A DNA stretch of 64,000 nucleotides, taken from the NCBI GenBank assembly GCA_963709535.1, contig CAVPWY010000019.1:19057-83056 (forward strand), written 5' to 3'. The position numbers and the translations under genes were made by a program. Positions 10,202-21,333 of the stretch are shown piece by piece (position 1 is the stretch's first letter; each line of letters starts with the position of its first letter). This stretch comes from an uncultured Chloroflexia bacterium. Its GTDB lineage: Bacteria; Chloroflexota; Anaerolineae; Anaerolineales; Anaerolineaceae. The notes beneath the pieces were generated by a model. That model saw only the letters and a program-made list of their open reading frames with translations. It searched no databases and was not told the origin of the DNA.

Positions 10202-10474
10202 ATGAAGACGAAAACTAGATTTTCAAATTTGGACGAGTTCTACCCGGCTGTGGCGTTATTAATCGAATGGCTTGTAAAAGATGGCTATCTCAAAGATTCT
10301 CAAAATTTAAAAAACGCGATGATAGCAGGATCATCCGGTTCAGAAACACTCGGCAATATTGTGCGTGTGATTAAGGGTATGAAAGGTAATTACTCATCAG
10401 GGTTGAGAAACGAAATCAAAGAGTGTTATGAATTTGCACTCCATCATCGAAAAATTATGAGGCTTGACCGTTAG
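10202..10474 (+). CDS. small hypothetical protein
   Basis: 90-aa ORF flanked by the two direct repeat copies; weak RBS. Confidence 0.35.
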   Translation: MKTKTRFSNLDEFYPAVALLIEWLVKDGYLKDSQNLKNAMIAGSSGSETLGNIVRVIKGMKGNYSSGLRNEIKECYEFALHHRKIMRLDR

Positions 10475-10545
10475 GCAGTATTCGCCTGTAATGCGTCGAT
10501 ATTAATCTATTCCCATTTCAAATCAAAACGGCGCATTCTTAATGC

Positions 10546-10600
10546 CCCATTTACAACTGCAATCTATTCCCCCGGTCGAGATGGTCACCCGCAAAATCCA
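10546..10600. repeat. about 53-bp direct repeat, copy B
   Basis: catttacaactgcaatctattcccccggtcgagatggtcacccgcaaaatcca; see copy A. Confidence 0.6.
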
Positions 10601-10872
10601 CTCTATTAGTAAAGGCGTGGGATCCTGGTATACCTTCAAAGATGTATTGAGCTCAGTATGCAGGGTTATTTCAAAATATCAAGGGCCAGTATAATTATTC
10701 ATTATGCGCTTTGAGAATAAAATAAATACATCCCAGAAAAGGGTAGATGATGAATAGCTCTGAAGTGGAAAAGATGGTAATGAAGACAGTAACTACTAGG
10801 AAAATTGAAACCTTGAGAGATTATGGTATTTTCCATTTGCGACATTGTTATTGTGTAGTTTGAGAATTAGCC

Positions 10873-11881
10873 ATGGATCCTACCATCTCTGCGCGCATCA
10901 CTGAATCTGTTTTTAAAAAAATCGCCGGACTCTACGGCATAAAGCCTAAACAGTTGAGCTTCCTCGGGGGGTTTGATAGCCTGGTTTTCACATTTGAACG
11001 TTCTGAAAGGCGATATGTTCTTCGTATCTTGCAAGACCCTCGAAGGCAAAAGTCTCTAGTTCGTGGAGAACTTGATTGGGTTCAACATCTCATCCGAAAT
11101 GGCGTTCCAGCAATGCGTCCTATCCTATCTGACATGGGGAATCTTATCGAGATAGTCCCAGATAGTCATGGTGGAAATTTCCTCTGTGTAGCTTTCGAAC
11201 GCGCACAAGGTGGAGAAATTCGAAAGGCACATCTCGGAGAATCACTCTTCCGAAACTACGGCAGACTCTTAGGAAGCATGCACGCTGCAACGAAAAGTTA
11301 CATACCCCGAGATCCGACCTGGCGAAGACCTGCCTGGGATTCGCCTGGGGCGATCTCAGCTGAGATTGAGATGCCCCTCGGCCAGGAGGATGTCATGGAG
11401 AAATACCATAAACTCAAAGATCGACTCAGCAGGCTCCCACGCGAACCGGAAAGTTTCGGCCTTATCCATACCGATGTACATATTGGAAATCTGTCTATAA
11501 CAGAGGATCTAAAATTATCGGTTTTCGATTTCGCAGAGTGTTGTTATGGTCACTTTATCTATGACATTGCAATGGTATTTTTTTATGCAGTTAGCGCATT
11601 CGATGACCCGGTGGAATTTATGGGACGATTTCATGCCAACTTTTCTGGAAGCCTATCGCGATCACAATCGAATTGATCCTTCTTGGCTGGCAGAAATTCC
11701 CAATTTCATGACATTGAGGGAGATTGACCTATACGCAGAGTTTTTGTCGTACCGCGCGGCAGGCGGTGATGTTGATGGTGATGAATGGCGTGATGAATTC
11801 TTGGATGGTCGGAAGGAGAGAATTCTTTCCGGCCAGCCATATTTTGACTTCGATTGGCCAATCCTCGCGAAGTATTTATAA
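10873..11881 (+). CDS. APH-family phosphotransferase (aminoglycoside/choline kinase-like), frameshifted near 11617
   Basis: ORF 10873..11676 carries the catalytic HTDVHIGNL and VFDFAECCYG (HxDxxxxN and D-F/W) motifs. The C-terminal part continues in another frame (ORF 11546..11881) from FMPTFLEAYRD; the switch is at gaatttatggg. Confidence 0.75.
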
Positions 11882-12353
11882 TGGCTTTGAATTGCGTGTT
11901 TGTTCCATTAGGAAAGCAACATTTTTTAAATTCCTCCCTGAAAAAATGGTTATCAGCAAAATCCGCCTAGAAAGCAATATGTGCGGGATATGGGTTTTTG
12001 AGCTACCTATTGGGCTTGCTCAGGGATAATTAGCATTATCTTTGTTCATATACCTTACTCCCTGAAATCTATAGTTTCGACGAGTGTAATCCGGGGAAAA
12101 TCAGAAATAAATAATGGGAAACGGAATACCCTTCAAATACTGTACTCTTTTCCTATGTATTAAATAGGTATTACGAAGGTTTCCCGATATATCCGTTGAG
12201 AAGAGATGCGAGAGGCGGAAAACAATAAAATAGTTTATAAATGAATTAAATAATTGGTAAATGCACAAATTAACTACATAAATACTTTATATTAGAATCA
12301 ACTATGGAGTGCATTTTCTATATTTCCGTATCATAGCAATTAATAAATAATCT

Positions 12354-12369
12354 GTATAATTAATTGTCA
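12354..12369 (+). promoter_or_regulatory. 16-nt motif GTATAATTAATTGTCA (putative -10/operator), copy 1
   Basis: Exact 16-mer also present at 13808..13823; it lies 49 nt upstream of the start at 12418 and contains a TATAAT hexamer. Confidence 0.45.
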
Positions 12370-12417
12370 GCCACCCATCCTTTATTGATGACATGATAAA
12401 CATGGAAAAGGAGATAC

Positions 12418-13050
12418 ATGGATAAGCTAATGGAGTACCTAACCAATCCTTTATTTCTCATATTGATCGGTTTTATTGTGCTCATATTCATCTTTAACAC
12501 CGTGCAAAAGCTGGGCAGGGGCAAAGCCTGGAAGCAAATAGCTGCTGAGACGGGTTTGCAGTCCTCCAAACACCAGTCCGGGACCTATCGTGATCAGCAG
12601 TTGAGCGGCATGTATCGCGGTCGGTCGATCACTTTGACAGAGAGTACATCAGAAGAACGGGACAAATTCAGGGGTATGAGCGAGCGCAGAGACACCCGGA
12701 CCAATACCAGCACGGACATCCGGCTAAAGATCAACGTCCCGCAGGATATCAAGATGAAACTCAACCGGATCATCACCATCGGTGAGGCCACCCGGGTCAC
12801 AGGTGATGCGGAAATTGACCGCCACTTCAACGCCACAAGCGAACCGGATTGGCTGGCTCTTAAAGTGCTAGGCTCTGCAACAATCAGACAGAAACTCCCT
12901 CAACTGAAAATGGGAGGTACCATCTTTGTTCAAGGGTCGGAAATCCTCTTTGACCAGCTTGGGCGAATTTCTGATGGCAAGTACCTGCGATTTTTGATTG
13001 ATTTTCTAAGCGACGTGGCGGACGCTATTGAGGGAAACCGCTACGGATGA
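12418..13050 (+). CDS. membrane-anchored hypothetical protein
   Basis: AAGGAGA RBS; N-terminal TM helix followed by a 180-aa soluble part; no family recognised. Confidence 0.55.
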   Translation: MDKLMEYLTNPLFLILIGFIVLIFIFNTVQKLGRGKAWKQIAAETGLQSSKHQSGTYRDQQLSGMYRGRSITLTESTSEERDKFRGMSERRDTRTNTSTDIRLKINVPQDIKMKLNRIITIGEATRVTGDAEIDRHFNATSEPDWLALKVLGSATIRQKLPQLKMGGTIFVQGSEILFDQLGRISDGKYLRFLIDFLSDVADAIEGNRYG

Positions 13051-13142
13051 GTTCTACTTTCCAGCAGCTATCCAAATAATTTGAGGTTGGACAATTAATC
13101 AGATAGGAATTGTCGCCTAACACTACTCATTATCGATAAAGA

Positions 13143-13580
13143 GTGATTATTGGAAGAATAATTCAAATGAAAGATGTGTTCATTAAATGGTTTATGGGAA
13201 TCAATGTGTTTCTTCTGAGACTCAGCCATGGACGGATCGGCAGCAAGCTGGGAACACAGACGATCCTGCTCCTGCATACCATCGGACGCAAATCAGGACA
13301 GGATCGGGAGATTCCGATTGCATATTTCGATTACGAGGATCATTATTTGATCGTGGCATCGAACTGGGGTAAAGAAAAGCAGGCAGATTGGTACCTCAAT
13401 CTCAAAGATCATCCCCAAGCAAGGCTGGAGGTAAAAGGCAAAGTGTTATCGGTGACTGCTCGAGAAGCGCAGGGTGAGGAATATGATCGGCTGTGGAAAT
13501 TCGCGACAGAACATCACCCACCCTATCTCGACTATCAGAAGATGACAACCAGGCATATACCGATCATGATGTTTGAATGA
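13143..13580 (+). CDS. deazaflavin (F420H2)-dependent nitroreductase-family protein (DUF385/Ddn-like)
   Basis: GRKSGQDREIPIAYFDYEDHYLIVASNWGKEKQADWYLNL...EYDRLWKF matches the DUF385 split-barrel family. The true start may be the ATG at 13167. Confidence 0.7.
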   Translation: MIIGRIIQMKDVFIKWFMGINVFLLRLSHGRIGSKLGTQTILLLHTIGRKSGQDREIPIAYFDYEDHYLIVASNWGKEKQADWYLNLKDHPQARLEVKGKVLSVTAREAQGEEYDRLWKFATEHHPPYLDYQKMTTRHIPIMMFE

Positions 13581-13807
13581 TCAGGTTAAGACCAGGGGAA
13601 CTGGAATCTGAGCAGAACCGGAAACGCATCAAAGCGTTTATTGATGCTGGCATGATGACCCGGTCGGGTCTGGATGTTCTCTAGTGTATACCTATATACA
13701 GAATATTAAAAAACTCTTCCGTATTCTGGAATGGTGTGGTCAAATCACATTAAAATCTGATTGTATCCATGCTGGTTGAGCAACAAAATCCCGGCAAACA
13801 ATAATCG

Positions 13808-13823
13808 GTATAATTAATTGTCA
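13808..13823 (+). promoter_or_regulatory. 16-nt motif GTATAATTAATTGTCA, copy 2
   Basis: Identical to 12354..12369; 28 nt upstream of the deaminase start. Confidence 0.45.
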
Positions 13824-13850
13824 CAAAACTGTTGAGGAAAGGTACCATGC

Positions 13851-14339
13851 ATGGCTTTCGAATTCAACTCACTTGATCATAATTTTTATATGCGCGAGGC
13901 ACTTTTAGAGGCAGCCTTAGCCATGCAGGCAGGGGAACGTCCAATTGGTGCAGTAATTGTCCACAGAGGTCAGATCGTGGGACGAGGACGGGCAGAACAC
14001 CAGGGAAAGCATAGTCGCCTTGCTCATGCTGAGTTGAATGCCCTCCTCATGACCGCGGAAAGCCTCTATGATTACCCACACGATAATGCGGTCATCTATA
14101 CAACTCTTGAACCGTGCGAAATGTGTCTGGGGGCAATTGTGATGAGTGACGTAGTGAATCATGTCGTTTTTGCGCTGGCTGACCGCTGGATAAATCCATT
14201 GCCTATGTTGGAAATGCCTCATGTAAAAAGACATATCCACAACTACGTCGGCGGGGTTCTTGCGGAAGAGAGCATGGCTCTCTGGCAGCAATGCCGTCCC
14301 GATGAACTTGCTTTACTTCGGGATGGGAATCGACCATAA
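13851..14339 (+). CDS. CMP/dCMP-type zinc deaminase (TadA/guanine deaminase-like)
   Basis: HAELNAL and TLEPCEMCLGAI zinc-binding motifs (H-A-E ... P-C-x-x-C). Confidence 0.8.
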   Translation: MAFEFNSLDHNFYMREALLEAALAMQAGERPIGAVIVHRGQIVGRGRAEHQGKHSRLAHAELNALLMTAESLYDYPHDNAVIYTTLEPCEMCLGAIVMSDVVNHVVFALADRWINPLPMLEMPHVKRHIHNYVGGVLAEESMALWQQCRPDELALLRDGNRP

Positions 14340-14526
14340 TGATTGGCAGGGTGTGTTCATGGAAGTGGTTGAATGCGCCAAAATCATATTATAAAATAAA
14401 TCACCAAAGGAAAAACATATTTTAGAACCGAATGCAAAGGGTAGCTTATGGAAATTATTAAACTGGATCCCAGATAATAAAAAAAGAGCAGCTGAAATTG
14501 TTGCAGCTGCCTTTTTTGATTATCCA

Positions 14527-15060
14527 ATGTTCACTTTCTATTTTCCTGACCCCAAAAAGCGGGCTCGTGTGCTGCCCTGGTACCTGGGAAATGTATTGAA
14601 TTGCGCACTGCGTTATGGAGATGTGTACACTAACCCTGAGATCTCAGGGGTGATCTTTACGTTGCCGCCAGGTCACACAAAGATTACCCAGAATGAATAT
14701 ATTCAAAATGGTTTTCTACTAACACCTTTATTTTTAGGTTTACGGGATTATCAACGGTCACAGGAATGCGAAAAATTCGTGGCAGATACTCACGAAAAGA
14801 TAATGAAAGATCGTCCCCATTATTATTTGTGGGGATTAACTGTCGATCCCAATCAGAAACGAAAGGGAATCGGAACTGCCCTATTAAAGCCTCTAGTCGA
14901 AAAAGCCGATGTTGAACAAAAACCGATTTACCTGGAAACACACGACGAGAATAACGTCGCTTATTATCAACGACAAGGCTTTTCCCTGGTTTACACAGAT
15001 AAATTTCCAAAATTCGATCTGACAATTTGGTGCATGGTAAGGGAGCCAAATTACAGATAA
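14527..15060 (+). CDS. GNAT family N-acetyltransferase
   Basis: RKGIGTALLKPLVEKAD...YLETHDENNVAYYQRQGF is an acetyl-CoA binding motif. The sense frame runs upstream without a start codon; the ATG at 14448 (MEIIKLDP) joins it with a 1-nt change in the CCC run near 14468. Confidence 0.75.
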   Translation: MFTFYFPDPKKRARVLPWYLGNVLNCALRYGDVYTNPEISGVIFTLPPGHTKITQNEYIQNGFLLTPLFLGLRDYQRSQECEKFVADTHEKIMKDRPHYYLWGLTVDPNQKRKGIGTALLKPLVEKADVEQKPIYLETHDENNVAYYQRQGFSLVYTDKFPKFDLTIWCMVREPNYR

Positions 15061-15128
15061 CTTTGGTTGTTTCTGCTTACATGATGCTATCCAATCCATA
15101 GATATAATAATCAGGAAAGGATTCGCTT

Positions 15129-16033
15129 ATGAACTTTTCAGCGACCGATCTCGTCATAACTCCCGATGCCGCTATTGATCTACACCTGCATACCACCTAC
15201 AGTGATGGCACCTGGACGCCAGAGCAGCTACTGGATCATCTGGTGCGTGAACAATTCGACCTGGCGGCCATTACCGATCATGATCGGGTGGATACGATGG
15301 CAGCCATTCAACAGCTGGCTCTGGAAAAACACCTGCCCGTGCTCGTAGGTGCCGAAATGTCCACTGTGTGGAAAGATGAATTGTCCGGGATAGATGAACT
15401 CTCAGGGCAGGAAAACATGACCGACCTGCTTTGCTATGGGTTTGGTCCGCCCCCAAACACCTTGAACGACATTGCCCAGGACCTTGTCCGCCGCCAGCAG
15501 GGAGAACACCCGGGAAGTCTTTGAGAACATTGCTGCAGAAAGGATACACATTTCCTCAGGAACCCTGATGCGTTAGCGGCCATCCTGGAACAACCCAGCC
15601 CCCAGCAGCCCTTTGCACTGGCAGACCTCTTAACAAGACATGGCTATGGCACTGGTCAACCTTCCGTGGGGAGAATCCTTCTGGAAGCGGGGTGCAAGTT
15701 GGAGGTGAACGATTTAGCTGCTGTGGTGGAATGCCGCTCACCAGAGCCGGAGCGGTATGCCTCATCGCCCACCCCGGATGTAAAGACGGATTTGTGACCT
15801 ATAATGATCAAATGTTGGATAAACTCCGCCAGGATATTCCAATTGACGGTCTGGAAGTCTATCAACCAAAACATTCGCCGGAACAGACAGCGATGTACCT
15901 GCAATATGCTCAAAAACACCACCTGCTGATCAGTTCGGGGTCGGACTCACATCGCCCGGGAAAACCCCCCGTCAAATACCGGGCTGAATTGAGCCGTAGT
16001 CTTTTGGAACGGATAGGCATCCAAGTGAAGTGA
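15129..16033 (+). CDS. PHP-domain metal-dependent phosphoesterase (TrpH/YciV-like), at least two frameshifts
   Basis: The N-terminus LHLHTTYSDGTWTPEQLL...AITDHD (ORF 15129..15524) and the C-terminus CLIAHPGCKDG...GLEVYQPKH...SSGSDSHRP (ORF 15692..16033) are the two halves of one PHP domain. The middle segment reads in a third frame. Confidence 0.75.
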
Positions 16034-16203
16034 ACGTCCTTAACACCTACATACCAACCAACCTTGCACGTATGTAATAAACCACTGTCCTGGATACTAT
16101 ATCAAGTTATTCTCCAATTCCATATCCTTATCGGGATGATGCTTTGAATGTACCATTCGGATGAAATCGAAGGCGGGAATCTACTAATTAATAATCCAAA
16201 TCA

Positions 16204-17412
16204 TTATTGCTGCATCCCAGGATCCTTCATCCTGGTGATCAACAAAACACTGACCAGCATCAAGCCTACTGCCAGCAATAGAGCCGGTGTGAAAGCACCA
16301 TTTTGCATCTTGAGCGCTTCCATGACATAAACAAAAACCACCGAAGCCTGACCAAATAATTGGATCAATCCATTGGAAGTACCTTCGGGTGTGGGGTGGG
16401 TGATCTCTGCGGAATACTGCATGCCGATCGGATTCGCACTGATCAGGAAGAATCCCATCGAAAATGCAGAGGCATACAGCAGCCAGGCAGTCTGGGCAAA
16501 GGTTAACCCGATCAACCCTGGAATCGCAAGCAGGAATCCTAATAATATATATTTTTGGCGCTTATGCTGCTTATCTGAGAAAGGTGGGATGATCACAGCT
16601 CCCAGTACACCGCCGGCTAACATGAGCGCACCGAGGGTACCTGCATCCGATGGGGTGAATCCACGCGGACGGATGATATTCTCGACCCAGGTGGTCACAC
16701 CGTTAAAGACTCCCATGCCAATGAAAGAAACTACCAGGTAGATCCAGAACTCCTTCACCTTAAGAGCATGTTTCAAGCCATCCAGCATCAAAGCGCGGAC
16801 GTCCTGTCCTTCCGGACAGGGCGGTGTGGCTGGCTTTTCCCGTGCAAAGATCAGGAAAAGGACTGCCGAAAACGCGGCAGCTCCACCGTAGAGTAGCTGT
16901 GATTGAGGGATGGACATGGTTTCGATCAGGATCGGCGGAAGGATCATTCCCAGGGCGGTACCCACCAGGTTGGAGAGAGTGACCAGGCCAACTGCCGTCG
17001 CCCGTTCCTCGATGCTGAACCACTGCGCCGGCACCTTGGTCCAGGCATTAAGCAAAAATGGCTGCGCAATGGCAATACCGATCGTACTGATCAGCACTAG
17101 TAAATAATCTGCTCCAGCCAGGCCGCGCACCACGCCAAATATTCCCATCAACACTGCCCCGATGCTCACAGTACGCCTGAAACCGTAGGTATCGATCGCC
17201 CACGAAACAGGGATGGACAGCGGTATGAATGCCATCATGTACACCATTGCCAGCAGTCCGATGTTCAGATCGGTGACGCCATAGAATTTGGCGGCTAATC
17301 CCGTGATCGGCGCGTAAGATATCCATAAGATCTGGATGGTGAGATTGATGAGCATGAACACCGCCAGAACCACCCAGCGGTAAGGGTACAGTCGATAGGA
17401 TCTTTCAGCCAT
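16204..17412 (-). CDS. MFS transporter
   Basis: 402 aa with 12 predicted TM helices; it ends the aldolase/aminotransferase/kinase gene string. Confidence 0.85.
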   Translation of the reverse strand: MAERSYRLYPYRWVVLAVFMLINLTIQILWISYAPITGLAAKFYGVTDLNIGLLAMVYMMAFIPLSIPVSWAIDTYGFRRTVSIGAVLMGIFGVVRGLAGADYLLVLISTIGIAIAQPFLLNAWTKVPAQWFSIEERATAVGLVTLSNLVGTALGMILPPILIETMSIPQSQLLYGGAAAFSAVLFLIFAREKPATPPCPEGQDVRALMLDGLKHALKVKEFWIYLVVSFIGMGVFNGVTTWVENIIRPRGFTPSDAGTLGALMLAGGVLGAVIIPPFSDKQHKRQKYILLGFLLAIPGLIGLTFAQTAWLLYASAFSMGFFLISANPIGMQYSAEITHPTPEGTSNGLIQLFGQASVVFVYVMEALKMQNGAFTPALLLAVGLMLVSVLLITRMKDPGMQQ

Positions 17413-17456
17413 AGGTCATCCCTTCCTTATACTGCAAAGTTTTATTTACTCAATTG

Positions 17457-19044
17457 TCAACCATTCATCCGGTGATAGACGTTTTTCATCTGGTGGTAGA
17501 TCATCAGGAACTGCTCATATTTTTGATCATAAAGCGATCGGTTCTTTTCAATTGGTAAATAGGTTTGTTTGAATTTCACCATGGCGGGGATATCTGTAAA
17601 TTGGATCTCTTTCAAACCGACTGCCCCGATCCAGGCTGCTCCACGGGCATTGGCGTAAACCGGATCCTCCACCTGTTTAATGCAGACCCCCATTACATCG
17701 GCAAAGATCTGGCACCAGATGTCCGACTGCGCTCCGCCACCAACGATATGGATCTTATCAACGTCGCGTTTGAGGAATTTCTTGACCGGCTGAAGCAGCC
17801 AGCGCGTATTCAGGGCAATCCCTTCAAGAAAAGCGCGGATGATATCTTCACGTGAATTATTCAGGGAAAGGTTGTAAAGACCCGCCCTCAAATTATTATC
17901 TTCCACCGGGGCACGCTCTCCCCAGATCCAGGGCGTATAAATGACACCATTCGCTCCCGGAGGCACCCTTGCTGCAATTTGGTCAAGATACTTGAATATG
18001 TCCGGAACCTCGGCTTCCTGCAGCAGTTCATCTTTGTTGTAGATGATCTTGTCCCGCAGGAAATTGAGATTGCCGCCCGCCGTTGCTTGCAGTGCGGTGA
18101 GCATGTATCGTCCGGGCACAGCACAAGGCAGCGAAGCCATGGACGAGCCAATATCGGTTTTCTTGAATGGGACATGGGCAGTCATCCATGAAGAGGTACC
18201 AATATACAGATGCGGGAGGTAATCCTCCACTGCCCCGGCGCCTATGGCTGCAGCGGTGTTATCGATTGCCCCGGCGACCACTTTGACAGTTGGAGCAAGC
18301 CCCAGTTCCTCTGCAACATCAGTTTTCAAAGTTCCCAGGATTGCTGTGCAGGGGACGATCTCGGGGAATTTATCCCCGTCCACTCCGCTCGACCGTACCA
18401 ATCCTGGATCGTAGTGAATATTATCCGGGTCACGGTTATCGGTCACCCACGAGGTAAGGATGGAATCATACGTGGCAGCAAAGACTCCGGTCAGGCGCAG
18501 GTTGAGGTAATCCAATACGTTCAGGAATTTATAGGTTTTGGCATAAACATCCGGGTAGTGGTTGCGGATAAATAGCATATGCGCTGCAGGATCTTTCCCG
18601 CTGGCGGAGGGCATCCCGCCGGTCAACTTGATCCAGTTAAGAACTTTAAAGGCACTCATCCCGCTGATATTCACCAATCCTTTGAATTGGCTGATCAGAT
18701 CAGGCTTCCCACGCATATCCATCCATAGGACACAGTTCATTAAAGCCTTGCCTTCGCGGTCCACCGGGATCGTGCCTTCTCCCTGGGTCGAACAGCAGAT
18801 GGCGATCACGGAAGAGGGTGCAACCACACCTTCTGCCAGTAATTTTCGGGTGCAAATAATGAACGCCTGCCACCATTCTTCGGGCGATTGCTCCACTCCA
18901 CCATCGGCAGTCAGGTAAAGCTGGATGGGTTCTGACTGCCAGCCCTAATACCCTTCCCTGGATGGTGATCAACGCCGCCTTTAATCCGGAGGTGCCCAGG
19001 TCTATTGAGAGGATCACGGGTTCATTGGTTTGAGCCATAACCAC
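17457..19044 (-). CDS. FGGY-family carbohydrate kinase (xylulokinase/glycerol kinase-like), frameshifted in 18700..18896
   Basis: The N-terminal piece (ORF 18700..19044, ILSIDLGTSGLKAALI) is the FGGY ATPase phosphate-1 motif. The 479-aa ORF 17457..18896 supplies the rest, including GGGAQSDIWCQIFADV. Confidence 0.8.
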
Positions 19045-19083
19045 CTGCCTTGTGGGTTACTTCAATAACCCATCGGGTAATAA

Positions 19084-20531
19084 TTATTCAACACTGGTTA
19101 GAACATTTTCAAAACGCGCCAGGGCATCATCTATGACTTCATCGGTATCTGCCATGCTGGTATACATGCGGCTCCCGGCAAGAGTCACCAACCCGTTTGC
19201 CATATATGCCGCCCCCATCTCTTCCATCATATGCTTGCGTGGTTTTAATTCCTTCGCCAACCGTAGGGGATGGTGCAGATCAAGAAGCATTACTCCGGAC
19301 GTTTCCAGGTGGACGATGCTGCCCTGGTTATAGACCACGAACGGCAGGTTGTGTTTCGTGATGATGGCTTGCAAGCCGGCTGTCAGCCTGTCCCCTGCCT
19401 GCCCGGCAATAACCGGGGCGTTGGTGCGTTCCATCTCGAGCAATGCATGATAACCCGCCACACAGGAAAGCGGGTTGGCGGATAATGTACCGCCAATATA
19501 CGCTTGCTCACCAGTACCTCCAATTCCTGCAGCAAAACGCATGATCACGTCCGCCCGCCCACCTACACCACCTGCCATGGGGTACCCGCCGGTGATGCAT
19601 TTTCCAAAGATCGTCAAATCCGGTTTGATCGCCAAAATAACCCTGCGCGCCGCCCATACCCATTCTGAAATCCGGTCACTACTTCATCGAAAATGAGCAA
19701 TGCACCAAACTCATCACACAACTCGCGCACTTTCTGATTGAAATCAAATGCCACGGGGCGGGTGCCGCTTTCTGGTCCCACCGGTTCAACGATCACCGCA
19801 GCAGTCCCCCCTATCAGACGGTTGAAGATCAACTGGCGTTTCAAAGCAGCCAGTGAATTGGGATAGAACTCCTGGGTATTGAGGCTTGCGCCCCAGGGGA
19901 TGCCTTTCGCCTCCAACCGGCCTGTTCCGGGAATATGCAGACCGTACACCATCTGGTCGCTCCAACCATGGTAGGCGCCGCCTACCTTGATGACCTTGGC
20001 ATGTCGGGTATATGCCCGGGCGGCGCGAATAGCTGCCATGACAGACTCGGTGCCTGAACCAAGCATGCGGAACATTTCATTGGCTGGCATGTAACGCCTG
20101 ACAAGCTGGGCAAGCTTCAATTCGTACTCATGGAACAGCCCGGTGACCGGACCGCAGGACTGCAGCATTTCGATCACCTTGTCTCGTACCGGTTTGTAAT
20201 TGCTGCCGAGCACGGTTGGTCCGCCCGCTTGCAGGAAATCGATATACTGGTTACCGTCTGCATCCCACAAATACGCCCCATCAGCCCTTTCCATGGCAAT
20301 GGGAAACGGATAATTGAACGCCAGGTTGTGCTGTACTCCACCGGGGATGACTTGTTTTGCTTCGTCGTTCAGACCTTTGGATTTTTCACATTGTTTTTCG
20401 AAATAATTCAGCACATCCTGCATCTTTTCCCTGCGGATGGGGCGCAGAGGTTGAGAAATGAGAGCTTCAAGACGGTTGTAGACATCAACCACATCGGGGT
20501 ATTTTGAGATCGCGTAAGCACCGGTTTCCAT
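19084..20531 (-). CDS. class III aminotransferase, glutamate-1-semialdehyde aminomutase-like, frameshifted near 19625
   Basis: GSGTESVMAAIRAARAYTRHAKVIKVGGAYHGW and FDEVVTGF lie in ORF 19614..20531. The PLP-Lys region IKPDLTIFGKCITGGYPMAGGVGG continues in ORF 19084..19635. Confidence 0.8.
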
Positions 20532-20583
20532 TGTTTCAACTCCTAAAATATAATTCTGTTTCGATCATGAATCATGAGAGGTA

Positions 20584-21252
20584 TCAATTTTCATTTTCAT
20601 ATTTCTTCTGGTCCTTGCGCAGCTTGGCGAAAGCCACCTCCCGGACCACAAGCGGAATTCGGCTGGCTTTATGCTCAGTGCATAATGTAAGCAGATACGC
20701 CAGGGCGCATTTTTCCAATACGGAAACATTATGAACCGCGCGTTCCATATCACCCCCAAATAACAGCGCTCCGTGGTTGGCCATGATGTAGGCATTATTG
20801 TGGTTTTTTACATGCTTTGCGACTGTATTCATCAACATGCCGGTGCCTGACGGTGCGTAAGGGATGATCTCCACGGAACGCCCGAGAAAGCGCACCTGCT
20901 CATCGAACAGCGCCGGGATCGGCATACCAATAAGTGCCAGGGTGCTGGGGTAAACCTGGTGGGTATGGATGATGGCATTCACATCCGGGCGGACTTTATA
21001 GATCGCCGCATGCATGGCACTTTCCACTGAAGGTTGGCGCTCACCCCCTAAAGGATTCAATTCCAAATCAAGGACGCAGATATCCGCTGGGATCATTTTC
21101 ATATAATCATAATTGGATGGGGTGATGGCGAATGCCTTTTCTGCCGGGATGCGTACAGATAAATTACCACCGGTTGCACTAAGGAACCCCTTCACTGATA
21201 ATTCTTTGGATGTATCCACCACCTGTTGGCAAAATGTTAAATAATCACTCAT
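20584..21252 (-). CDS. class II aldolase/adducin-family protein (fuculose-phosphate aldolase-like)
   Basis: GFLSATGGNLSVR and IIHTHQVYPSTLA (metal-binding His) match the family. The start is the ATG at 21252 with a GGAGG RBS; the longer ORF to 21465 has no RBS. Confidence 0.85.
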   Translation of the reverse strand: MSDYLTFCQQVVDTSKELSVKGFLSATGGNLSVRIPAEKAFAITPSNYDYMKMIPADICVLDLELNPLGGERQPSVESAMHAAIYKVRPDVNAIIHTHQVYPSTLALIGMPIPALFDEQVRFLGRSVEIIPYAPSGTGMLMNTVAKHVKNHNNAYIMANHGALLFGGDMERAVHNVSVLEKCALAYLLTLCTEHKASRIPLVVREVAFAKLRKDQKKYENEN

Positions 21253-21333
21253 GGTTTTCCTCCGGATTTCAAATGCAGTTATAGTATAGGAAATAATCTT
21301 GACACTGTCAAGATTATTTTGTATGATATTTAC

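Noticed and set aside
10600-10872. 38-codon ORF (MMNSSEVEKMVMKTV...) upstream of the APH kinase as a possible leader peptide
   Set aside because: It has only a weak RBS and no recognisable attenuator structure; it is mentioned only in the context of the repeat finding.
10873-20531. APH-family kinase plus class III aminotransferase as an aminopropanol-kinase/phospho-lyase-type pair
   Set aside because: The two genes are 8 kb apart on opposite strands. The aminotransferase is co-operonic with the aldolase and FGGY kinase and looks GSA-aminomutase-like, so the link is not supported.
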